Part shown: positions 9,790-17,979 of the stretch, one piece after another
How the letters are laid out: every line of letters begins with the position of its first letter
Numbering within the stretch: the stretch's first letter is position 1
Assembly: GCA_965248435.1 (NCBI GenBank)
Contig: OZ252100.1
Location: forward strand, 4,512,001-4,576,000
Origin: Candidatus Latescibacterota bacterium
GTDB lineage: Bacteria > Latescibacterota > UBA2968 > GCA-2709665
Length of the DNA: 64,000 nucleotides
Direction of reading: 5' to 3'
Position numbers and translations under genes: made by a program
Notes under the pieces: generated by a model
The model's input: the letters and a program-made list of their open reading frames with translations, nothing else
Database searches by the model: none
What the model was told of the DNA's origin: nothing

Positions 9790-10557
9790 ATGACCGAACT
9801 GAGAATCGAAGCGGAGGAACTCGCCCTGTGCCGGGCGACCCTGTACGAGGCGCTGGCGCTGGGGTTTCGCCCCCCTACGGAGGAAACGCTGGCTCGTCTG
9901 GTGGCCGTGGAGGGGGTGAGCGCACTCGCCGATGCAGCCGCGCCGCTGGACCCCGATCTGGCTGAAACGGTCAGGAGCCTGGCCAAGGCGAATCGGACGG
10001 ACGGCACGTCGGTCCTGTCCGGGCTCTACCGAACCCTCTTCGGGCATACTGCAAGGGGCGCCGTGCCGCCTTACGAGACGGAGTACGGCGTGGATGGACT
10101 GTTCCAGCAGCCCCAGGAGATGAGCGACATCGGCGGGTTTTTCGGTGCCTTCGGTCTTGCGGTGGATCCATCGAGTCACGAACGGATCGACCACATCAGC
10201 TGCGAGTGTGAATTCCTCCGTTTTCTTTGCGAGAAGGAGGTCTACGCCGCGGAGGCGGGGGATGAGGACATGCTGGAGGAAACCCGCAAGGCGGAGCGGC
10301 TCTTCCTGAAGGATCACCTGGGTCGGCTCGCGCCCGCCTTCGGACGGCGGCTGGTGCTCGAAGACCGAGGCGGCTTCTACGGTGCGCTGGGCGAATTGTG
10401 TGCCGGCTTTATCGAGGCCGAATGCCGGCGCGCCGGTGTTTCGGCCGGACCGGAACAGCTTCAGCTTCGACCGGCCCTGCCCGACGACGTGCCCATGGCG
10501 TGCGATTCGGGTGAAGACCTCCTGCAGATCGACGGGGAGTCGGAGGAGGTTGGATGA
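9790..10557 (+). CDS. TorD/DmsD-family molybdoenzyme maturation chaperone
   Basis: 'PPYETEY' and 'ERIDHISCECEF' (E-x-x-DH motif), 'FLKDHLG'; directly after the beta subunit. Confidence 0.85.
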   Translation: MTELRIEAEELALCRATLYEALALGFRPPTEETLARLVAVEGVSALADAAAPLDPDLAETVRSLAKANRTDGTSVLSGLYRTLFGHTARGAVPPYETEYGVDGLFQQPQEMSDIGGFFGAFGLAVDPSSHERIDHISCECEFLRFLCEKEVYAAEAGDEDMLEETRKAERLFLKDHLGRLAPAFGRRLVLEDRGGFYGALGELCAGFIEAECRRAGVSAGPEQLQLRPALPDDVPMACDSGEDLLQIDGESEEVG

Positions 10558-11516
10558 GAAGAGATCCCGAGGGATTTCGGCTGAACTTCGACCACCGCCT
10601 CGTGGAAGAATCGGTGTTGCTCGCCATCCCGGGCCGGGCCGATGAGGGCCGATTCCGAAGCGTGCGAGATCGGATTTACGACGAGCCTGACCTCGACGCG
10701 CGGGATGTGGCCTTCCAGAAGCTCCACGCCGAGTGGTTTGTGTTTCTCGGCCTGGGGGATCCCCTGGAGCAGGCTCTGGATGAGCGCTCCCTGTTGAAAG
10801 CCGCGACCCGTCAATGCGTCGTGGCCCCTGCACGGTCGAAGAAGGAGGAGGGAGCAGATCTTTTCGTGTCTCCACCCTTAGAGGGTAGGGATGAGGTGGA
10901 CAGGCGGTCGATCGGCTGCCGACTGAAGACCGAGTCGTTCCTGGAGCCTGACGCCCTGCTTGCAGTGCTTCGTCACGAGTTTCTACACATCTTCGACATG
11001 CTCGATCCGGCGTTCGACTACGAGCCGGAACTGCCCCAGTCGGAGGGAGGGGCCATGGCCAAGCGCCTCCTTCAGGATCGCTATCGGGTGCTTTGGGGTG
11101 TGACGATCGACGGACGTCTCGTGAGGGAAGGTCGGGCATTGGCCGGAGTGCGTGGACGCAGAGAACACGAATTTTTCCGGACCTTTCATTTTCTAGGCGC
11201 GAACACCCAAGACGCCTTCAGCAGGTTCTTCGACCACCCCTTCCGCACCCACGGCGAACTGGTCGCCTTTGCGCAAGCTCCCCATTTGGCCTTTGGCGAC
11301 TCATCCCGTCCTGATATGCGCTGTCCTTTATGCGGTTTCCCCACGCACGCCTTTGAGCCGAACCCACAACGGATCCCTGCCGAGGTGCTTACCCGGATCG
11401 CGAGTGATTTTCCGACCTGGCGCCCTGCGCAGGGACTCTGCCCGCAGTGTGCCGATCTCTATCGGGCCTCCCCGCTCTCCAGCGCGGCAGAGGCCGTCCT
11501 TCCGAAGATTTCATGA
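10554..11516 (+). CDS. Hypothetical protein with HExxH zinc-binding motif and C-terminal CxxC...CxxC
   Basis: ATGA overlap with the chaperone stop; 'LRHEFLHIFDMLDP'; CPLC ... CPQC. Confidence 0.7.
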   Translation: MRRDPEGFRLNFDHRLVEESVLLAIPGRADEGRFRSVRDRIYDEPDLDARDVAFQKLHAEWFVFLGLGDPLEQALDERSLLKAATRQCVVAPARSKKEEGADLFVSPPLEGRDEVDRRSIGCRLKTESFLEPDALLAVLRHEFLHIFDMLDPAFDYEPELPQSEGGAMAKRLLQDRYRVLWGVTIDGRLVREGRALAGVRGRREHEFFRTFHFLGANTQDAFSRFFDHPFRTHGELVAFAQAPHLAFGDSSRPDMRCPLCGFPTHAFEPNPQRIPAEVLTRIASDFPTWRPAQGLCPQCADLYRASPLSSAAEAVLPKIS

Positions 11517-11940
11517 GTTCTATGACCTCCCGAGAACGAATTCAGAGGGTGTTGGCAGCGAGGTGCCCGACCGTGTGCCGTTTCACGACGCCTACTGGGC
11601 GACGACGATCGAGCGGTGGCGTCGCGAAGGCATGCCGCCAGACAGATCTCCTGAAGAATACTTCGGGAGTGAAATCGTGCAGATCGCGGGCGACTATTCG
11701 CTGCAAGTTCCATTTCAGATGATCGAGGAGACGGATCGATATCGCGTCGGGAATATCGATGTTCGAAACCTGGCTGGAAGCCGTGAGGCGATCGAATCGG
11801 AGATCCGGTCGAAGGTGACCGCGGGGGGAGCTGGGGGCGGATACATCTATCATTCAGATCACTCCGTCCCCAAAGATGTGTCGTTGGAGAACTATCGATT
11901 CGCGCTGAAGATGCTCGAGAAGTACGGGCGTTACGATTGA
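11513..11940 (+). pseudogene. Frameshifted, internally deleted URO-D/MtaA-family (methyltransferase-like) gene remnant
   Basis: N-terminus MTSRERIQRVL (frame of ORF 11447) shifts into EVPDRVPF (frame of ORF 11269), then joins directly to C-terminal 'GNID...GGGYIYHSDHSVP'. About 140 codons against roughly 350 for the family. Confidence 0.7.
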
Positions 11941-11957
11941 GGCGTGAGGAGGACCGT

Positions 11958-12599
11958 ATGGACGACGTCGAGCGCTGTACTTGCGCAGACGAGGGCCCGC
12001 CCGTTATCGCGGTCACAGGCTACCGGGACAGCGGAAAGACGACCGCTATCGAGGCGATCGTAAAGGCGTGTTCTCTCCGGGGCACCCGTGTAGGGGTCTT
12101 CAAGCATTGCTGCCACGGCTACGATCTGGACCAACCCGGGAAGGACTCCTGGCGTATCCATCAGGCAGGCGCGGCCGGGACCGTCGTGATGGGCCCCAAG
12201 GGATTCGCGTTCCTCGGGGGATCCTGCCCTGACCAGGATCCACGGCGACTTGCGTCCTGGCTGTTCCCGAACGTGGACTTGATCCTTGCCGAGGGGTTTC
12301 ACTGGATCGGCCTTCCCCGGATCGAGATTGGAGATCGCGATGGAAGGACCCGCCCGGGGCATCCGGAAGGGGAGGTGCTGGGCCGTCTGCCTTTTAAGTT
12401 CGGTTCGAGGGAGATCCGGGCGGTCTGCGATCTGCTCGAGGCGAGATACGTGGAGGGGCGACGTGAACGAGAGGTCGCCCGAAGGGCGATTCTATCCTCA
12501 GCTCAAACTTCGTCGGATATCCGTCGAGGGGACATCTTCGGCAGGAGGACGACTCCCCACGCGATTACTCCGATCAGCCAGAACGCTGCTCCGATGTGA
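11958..12599 (+). CDS. mobB: Molybdopterin-guanine dinucleotide biosynthesis protein B
   Basis: ATG after GAGGAGG; P-loop GYRDSGKTT, 'KH..HGYDLDQPGKDSWR..AGA', 'DLILAEGF'. Confidence 0.85.
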   Translation: MDDVERCTCADEGPPVIAVTGYRDSGKTTAIEAIVKACSLRGTRVGVFKHCCHGYDLDQPGKDSWRIHQAGAAGTVVMGPKGFAFLGGSCPDQDPRRLASWLFPNVDLILAEGFHWIGLPRIEIGDRDGRTRPGHPEGEVLGRLPFKFGSREIRAVCDLLEARYVEGRREREVARRAILSSAQTSSDIRRGDIFGRRTTPHAITPISQNAAPM

Positions 12600-13666
12600 A
12601 GCATCCCGAAATAGTAGAAGGGCAGGAAGTCGGAGATCACGCGGGCGATGAGGGCCAGGAGCGTACAGAGCGCGAGCGTGAGCATGGTTTTCGAGTTCTT
12701 CTGCCAGATCGCTTCGAATCCGCAGTGAGCCGCAGTGACACGTGTCGCGATGATGACGGTCAGCGTCGCGAACCCCCCGATGAAGGTCAGGTGGAGGGCC
12801 GGGATTTCGTAATCTGGAAAAAGGCCCGCCACCCAGAGGCCTGCGATTACAAACCAGAAGGAGAGCCAGAGAAGGCGCAGGTGCCAGAGCGGACTGGCGG
12901 GTCGCTGGAATAAAGGGAGTGTGCGCAGCAGGTGGACGGTGACGACAAAGGCCCGCAGGCTTCTACCCGCGGACTCTAAAACCCCCGACTCGATCCAGAA
13001 GCTGACGAACAGTGCGAGTGCCAAGAGCAGGTTGATGCCGAGGGGTGTGTGTCTGTGGCGTGACGCGGCGTCGTTCGCACTAAGCAGACGCCCGCCGAGG
13101 TAGGGGCCGACCCCCATGATGAAGCAGAGAAGCATGCCCTGTTCCACCATGCGGTTTCCAAGCTTGACAAATCCATACAAGGGCCACAGGATGAGCAGGC
13201 CCCCGACCAGGGCGTGGATCAGGCCGGCCGGGACGAAGATGAATGTCGGGGGAGGATCGTGCTTTCGTTCGGGGAATCGACGGGCGGCAAAGAGGAGCAG
13301 GTGGAGCGCTAGAAGAAGGAAGCCGACTTCAGACATGCTCCAGTTCTCCACGTATAGCTCAGCCGCAGCGAACAGGAGCAGGGCCAGACCCAGGAGGAGC
13401 TCCCACGGACGGGCACGTCGAACTTCCATGAATCTGGGTAGGGCCGTCATCAGAAACCCGGTTGCGAACCCCATCTCAAACCCTTGGATCATCAGGAGGC
13501 CGTGGTAGTTGCAAGAGAAGGTCTCGGTTAGGCCCGAATAGTACCACAGCCAGTGCGATACACCGACAACGCCGCAGAGCAAGCCGGCAGGGAAAAAAAG
13601 CCGAAAGGGTTCATCACAGAGGACCTCCAGAAAGGGGGTCCTTTTCTCGTTCGAATGGGTGACCAA
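12503..13666 (-). CDS. nnrS: NnrS-family membrane protein (NO response)
   Basis: ORF 12503..13795; TTG 13666 has GGAG upstream. 'EPFRLFF', 'HGLLMIQGF..GFLMTALP', 'ALHLTFIGG', 'TRV..AH', about 12 TM segments. Confidence 0.8.
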   Translation of the reverse strand: MVTHSNEKRTPFLEVLCDEPFRLFFPAGLLCGVVGVSHWLWYYSGLTETFSCNYHGLLMIQGFEMGFATGFLMTALPRFMEVRRARPWELLLGLALLLFAAAELYVENWSMSEVGFLLLALHLLLFAARRFPERKHDPPPTFIFVPAGLIHALVGGLLILWPLYGFVKLGNRMVEQGMLLCFIMGVGPYLGGRLLSANDAASRHRHTPLGINLLLALALFVSFWIESGVLESAGRSLRAFVVTVHLLRTLPLFQRPASPLWHLRLLWLSFWFVIAGLWVAGLFPDYEIPALHLTFIGGFATLTVIIATRVTAAHCGFEAIWQKNSKTMLTLALCTLLALIARVISDFLPFYYFGMLHIGAAFWLIGVIAWGVVLLPKMSPRRISDEV

Positions 13667-13955
13667 GTGCGCTCCGAATGGCGAGGGATTTGAAGGTGCT
13701 GATGTGTCAAGATAACCGTTCCGGCGGTCCGCGGACAAGCGTTTGGGCCGACCAGCGGGTGGACAGACGACTGGGATTTGCCACAGGCAAATCAACCCGT
13801 TCCCTGGAAAGGGAGATTAGACCTGGGACACGCTCGCCCCACCGGTGCGACATCCACCTTACGATTCCCGCTTTCCAGTGAAGATTTCGCTTCTGTGCCT
13901 TGCCATAACTTATTTAATAACAAACTGATAATTAGTACGACGTCGGCGACGTCCG

Positions 13956-13971
13956 TGGCACGTCATTTGTA
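13956..13971 (+). promoter_or_regulatory. Near-consensus sigma-54 (-24/-12) promoter
   Basis: TGGCAC-GTCAT-TTGTA (consensus TGGCAC-N5-TTGCA, one mismatch at the -12 C), with an AT-rich IHF-like tract (ATAACTTATTT) at about 13905. Confidence 0.45.
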
Positions 13972-14041
13972 AGGTGTTCATTAGATGGGTTTCGAATTGG
14001 GGGGGGTCCGGGTCTTCAAGGCGCAAAACGAAGGAGATTCT

Positions 14042-14152
14042 ATGGCTGACCTCGTCGCGATTGCGGAAAGTGTCATCAAGGGAGAGGCGCCCAAGGTGGA
14101 GGCGCTGGTTCAGGAGGCCCTGGACAATGGCGTTTCCGTCGGAGACGTCCTG
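14042..14152 (+). pseudogene. 5' remnant of a corrinoid (B12-binding) protein gene, cap domain only
   Basis: AAGGAG then ATG; MADLVAIAESVIKGEAPKVEALVQEALDNGVSVGDVL resembles the B12-binding_2 N-terminus. Similarity stops there and no DxHxxG follows. Confidence 0.6.
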
Positions 14153-14211
14153 CCTGAGAAATCATCATCTCAAAAGACAGTCTTATTGGCTTGGAGAGGA
14201 GGTGAACAGGA

Positions 14212-14793
14212 ATGGTCACCGAGACCTACATCATTGTCGCCGCATTCATCCTCGGGGCGTTCTTTTTCTTATGGCGGAATGTCATCAAAACCTACCAGAG
14301 GTTTCGCGGCAAGATGCTGGTGATGTGTCCCGAGACGCATCAAGCAACCGGCGTTGAGGTAGATGAAAGACATGCCGCCCTATCTACCGCCCATGGTGGG
14401 CCGGATCTGAGATTAAAGGCGTGTACGCGCTGGCCGGAGCATGAAAATTGTGGTCAGGGGTGTCTGAATCAGATCGAACTCTCTCCAGACGGATGTCTGG
14501 TCCGGACGATGTTGACGGATTGGTACCAGGGGAAGTCTTGTATTTCTTGTGGAAGGGAATTCCCAAAGATTGACTCCTATGACCATAAAGCGGTTTTCGG
14601 ATATGACAAGAAGCCCGCGCTGAGGAGCCCCGAGGGTGCGATTGTGGAATGGCTCGAGGTGCCAGTGGAAACGCTTCCCGAAGTTCTCTCGACGCATAAA
14701 CCGGTATGCTGGAATTGTTTGATTGTGCACAGGTTTAGAAACGGGCACCCAGAGCTCGTGGTGGACCGCCCGTGGAAGCGAAGTCAATTCTGA
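14212..14793 (+). CDS. Membrane-anchored Cys-rich hypothetical protein
   Basis: GGAGGT RBS; N-terminal TM helix; CPET, CTRWP..CGQGC, CISC, CWNC motifs. Confidence 0.75.
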   Translation: MVTETYIIVAAFILGAFFFLWRNVIKTYQRFRGKMLVMCPETHQATGVEVDERHAALSTAHGGPDLRLKACTRWPEHENCGQGCLNQIELSPDGCLVRTMLTDWYQGKSCISCGREFPKIDSYDHKAVFGYDKKPALRSPEGAIVEWLEVPVETLPEVLSTHKPVCWNCLIVHRFRNGHPELVVDRPWKRSQF

Positions 14794-14923
14794 ATCGTAT
14801 TCTGTCGCCTCGGCCGCCAGAATGAACGCGCCCAAGGGCTTATCGGACTCCAACTGTCTGGAGTTGTGGTTGAACGTGAAGTACCAAGCGGTCGGTGTCG
14901 CAGGTTAAGGTAGGGAGGCGAAC

Positions 14924-15201
14924 GTGAAACTTTCCGTAACAGCACTGGCCCAAGTGCAGCCATCCTGTGGGGAGCAGTGGTCCTCTTCCTGGGGACCGCG
15001 AATGCTATCTGGCCAACCTATGCGAATGCGTTTCTGCAGATCATAGACTCGATCTATCCGGGGTATCACGCTGGAGATGGGGCCTGGAGCGTCGTGGTGG
15101 GCACGCTTTATGCAATTGTAGACGGGGGCATAGGCGGGTTCCTGTTTGCGTGGATCTACAACAGATTTGCGGTTGAAGGAGAGACCGTGAGCGTAAATTG
15201 A
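14924..15201 (+). pseudogene. Small two-TM membrane protein gene with a frameshift near 14950
   Basis: GGAGG then GTG 14924 (MKLSVTALA) is out of frame with SAAILWGAVVLFLG...SIYPGY...LFAWIYN; one base is missing. Could be a sequencing error. Confidence 0.55.
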
Positions 15202-15376
15202 TCCCCGATTTCCGGTGGATTCTGTCGATGTGTGAAAATCGAAGCGAAAATGTGTTTGTGCCAGGACAGTCCGAATAGGGACCTACGGAAAAACCGGAAT
15301 CGATTTCACCGAAGCGACAGAAGGCGTACACAGCAGGACGAAGTTATTCCCGTGTTCGTTCTAAGGAGCGTCTATC

Positions 15377-16267
15377 GTGCCCAAAGGAAAAGTGAAAGGC
15401 AGAAATGCTGGCCTGTCACCCTACTTTCGTGAGGTTCGGCGGACGGAACTATTGAGTCGGGAAGATGAAGTGCGATTGTCTGCCAGGATCCGCCGCGGAG
15501 ACACAGAGGCCCGAAATCAGCTTGTTATGGCGAACCTCCGATTCGCTTTGAAGATGGCCATGCGATATCAGGGATTTGGACTTCCCTTAGAAGATCTAGT
15601 CAGCGCCGCCAATTACGGGCTCCTGCGGGCAGCAATCAGGTTCGATGGCCTGAATGGCGTAAGGTTTATCACCTACACTGTCTGGTGGATACGGCAGTCA
15701 CTTCAGCAGGCTGTGGCTGCAGAGCCTCGTACCATCAGGTTGCCAGGACACGTCGTGGAATTACTTTCCAGGATCAACAAGGTTTCCGCGTCGCTGCAAA
15801 TTCAGTTAGAAAGACAGCCCTCGAGAGATGAGATCGCCTCCGGATTAGACGTCCCACGTCGAAACGTACAGCGTGCTATGGATGCGGCGCCGGAGCCGCA
15901 TTCACTGGACGAGGAGATCGGGAGTTCGTTCGACGGCAGCACTCGGTTGATAGAAGTCTTAAAAGACCCAGCGAGTAAGGACCCCTCTGAAGAACTGGAC
16001 CGTCTGCTCCTCAAGGAGGACGTTCGGAAGGCGCTGGAAGTTCTGAAGGGCCGGGAGGTGGAGGTGATCAAACGGTCTTATGGGCTGGACGGCAGGCCGA
16101 TGGTTAGCCTCGCAGAGATTGGACGAAGCATGCATCTGAGTCGAGAGCGTGTTCGGCAGATAAGAGTTGCGGCCCTGGAACGGCTTCGGAGGGAGTTCGA
16201 GTCAAATGGACTGGGCAACGATCTGGAACCAGAAGGACATGCTGAAGTAGCGCAGGGGGCGTGTTGA
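15377..16267 (+). CDS. RNA polymerase sigma-70 factor, RpoD/RpoS-like, lacking region 1.1
   Basis: 'LLSREDE', 'LVMANLRF', 'RFITYTVWWIRQ', 'RTIRLP', 'SRERVRQI'. Confidence 0.9.
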   Translation: MPKGKVKGRNAGLSPYFREVRRTELLSREDEVRLSARIRRGDTEARNQLVMANLRFALKMAMRYQGFGLPLEDLVSAANYGLLRAAIRFDGLNGVRFITYTVWWIRQSLQQAVAAEPRTIRLPGHVVELLSRINKVSASLQIQLERQPSRDEIASGLDVPRRNVQRAMDAAPEPHSLDEEIGSSFDGSTRLIEVLKDPASKDPSEELDRLLLKEDVRKALEVLKGREVEVIKRSYGLDGRPMVSLAEIGRSMHLSRERVRQIRVAALERLRREFESNGLGNDLEPEGHAEVAQGAC

Positions 16268-16383
16268 ACCGCGCCGACCGGATATTGACGGAATCCTGAA
16301 TTCTCCCCCTGTGTGTTCACCCATATCCTTGGATTTCGAGCGTCTAAATGGCGCTTCTTTTTTTGATGTAACTATACGATAAT

Positions 16384-17643
16384 ATGGGCCAACCTATATC
16401 CTCTTCTCACCAAGCGAGCTTCTACTACATGATCCGCCGTACCACGAATGGAGTGCGAGGAATCTTTTGGGCAGGTATATTTGGCTGTCTGTTGACTATT
16501 CTTGGTGGGGCGTGGGCCAAAGATGTGAAGTTCGGGGGGCAAGTAAGACCCCGCTTCGAGTTTCGCGATCCGGTCGCTCAGGGCCACGATACCTTTGTCT
16601 CGATGCGAGTCAGGGCACAGATCGAGGCGTTGCTGGATAGGGACGTCGGTGTCTTGATCCAGTTTGAAGACGTCAGGCTCTGGGGGGAGGAGACGAGCAC
16701 GCTTGGAGATTTCAGCGCGGACAATTTCGATCTGCATCAGGGGTATATGGACTTTAAGAAGAATGAGGGGTTTCGGGTTTCGACTAGGGTTGGGAGACAG
16801 GAGATTTCATTTGGAGGTCAAAGGCTGATCGGCGCAGTGGGCTGGGCGCAGCAGGGCCGGGCATTCGATGGCATTCGTCTTACCGCTTGGCCCGAGGGAG
16901 GAAAAGTAGACCTGCTGGCAATTAGGCTGGGGGATTCAACGGCCCCTACTTCCAGCGAAAACGCCTACTTGACCGGTGTCTATTATGTGGTATCCCGGTT
17001 CGAAGACACAACGATAGATCTCTACAGCTTTTACAACCGAGTTTCAGGGATGAGTGGTACCGATCAAATCACTTTGGGTTTGCGCACGGTCGGCAAGGGG
17101 GGCAATATCCCCTATCGGGTGGAGGGCAGCTATCAGTTTGGTGATCGAAGCGGAGAGGACGTCTCCGCTTTTATGTTCGGCGCTCGTGCCGGCCTTCCCG
17201 TTGGAGGTGGGAAAGGAATCGTCACCTTTTGGTATGACTATCTGTCTGGAGATGATGAACCTGGAGATGGAAAGGCAAATGTGTTCGACACACTATTCGG
17301 CACGAATCATAAATACTACGGGTTTGCAGATCTCTTCCGGAACATTCCCGTCCACACCGGGGGATTGGGGCTGCAGGACGCCGCAATCAAAACGCGGATG
17401 TCGCTCCAAAAGGATGTATCCCTCGGCGCGGACATTCACAGCTTCTGGGTCGCGACGAAAGGTGGATTGTCATCCAGCCGTCTTTGCGAGGAGCTTGATT
17501 TGACCCTCACCTATCGCTATAGCAAGGAGGTAACGTTCATGGGTGGTTTCTCATACGTCCTTGTTGGAGATGCACTCACAGACATCGGGAGGCTGACGAA
17601 GGATCTGAGTTTCGGATATTTGATGACGAATGTGGCGTTCTAG
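16384..17643 (+). CDS. Alginate-export-family outer-membrane porin
   Basis: 'GGQVRPRFE', 'VGRQEISFGGQRLIGAVGW..GRAFDG', 'SGDD..FDTLFGTNHKYYG'; C-terminal Phe. True start may lie slightly downstream. Confidence 0.85.
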   Translation: MGQPISSSHQASFYYMIRRTTNGVRGIFWAGIFGCLLTILGGAWAKDVKFGGQVRPRFEFRDPVAQGHDTFVSMRVRAQIEALLDRDVGVLIQFEDVRLWGEETSTLGDFSADNFDLHQGYMDFKKNEGFRVSTRVGRQEISFGGQRLIGAVGWAQQGRAFDGIRLTAWPEGGKVDLLAIRLGDSTAPTSSENAYLTGVYYVVSRFEDTTIDLYSFYNRVSGMSGTDQITLGLRTVGKGGNIPYRVEGSYQFGDRSGEDVSAFMFGARAGLPVGGGKGIVTFWYDYLSGDDEPGDGKANVFDTLFGTNHKYYGFADLFRNIPVHTGGLGLQDAAIKTRMSLQKDVSLGADIHSFWVATKGGLSSSRLCEELDLTLTYRYSKEVTFMGGFSYVLVGDALTDIGRLTKDLSFGYLMTNVAF

Positions 17644-17742
17644 AGGCAGACGGCAGACGACGGACGGTAGACCGCCTTGCGATATTCTCAGGTTATCTAC
17701 GGGGGTGAGCCGATTGGATCCCGTTGGTTGGAGAGGAGGGAG

Positions 17743-17847
17743 ATGCCCTACAAATTCGAGAAGCTGGAGGTTTGGAAACTGGCACTAGAGAACATCGACA
17801 AGATCTATGCTTTTTCAGACGAACTCCTGGCGCAGGTCATATTGTAG
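17743..17847 (+). pseudogene. Truncated four-helix-bundle (23S rRNA IVS protein-like) gene
   Basis: GGAGG then ATG; MPYKFEKLEVWKLA..IY is the family N-terminal signature; stops after 34 aa. Preceded by 7-mer repeats (GGCAGAC GGCAGAC GACGGAC GGTAGAC). Confidence 0.65.
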
Positions 17848-17874
17848 CCCGACTCTCAAACGATTCGAACAGGT

Positions 17875-17905
17875 AAGCCCCCGGAAAGGCATTGGGGGCT
17901 TTCTT
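17875..17905 (+). terminator. Intrinsic terminator-like hairpin
   Basis: AAGCCCCC-loop-GGGGGCTT followed by TCTT. Confidence 0.55.
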
Positions 17906-17979
17906 AATTTGTTGTAGTTTGAAAGTAAGCGAGTGGGGCTGGGGCCTTCGATTTAATTTCAAGCAATGAGGTTGGAAAG

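Noticed and set aside
8800-11139. 779-aa minus-strand ORF
   Set aside because: Antisense shadow of nxrB, the chaperone and the next gene; no motifs; explained by GC-rich codon bias.
16362-16376. FNR/CRP-type box before the alginate-export porin
   Set aside because: Only the TTGAT half-site matches; the ATCAA half is absent.
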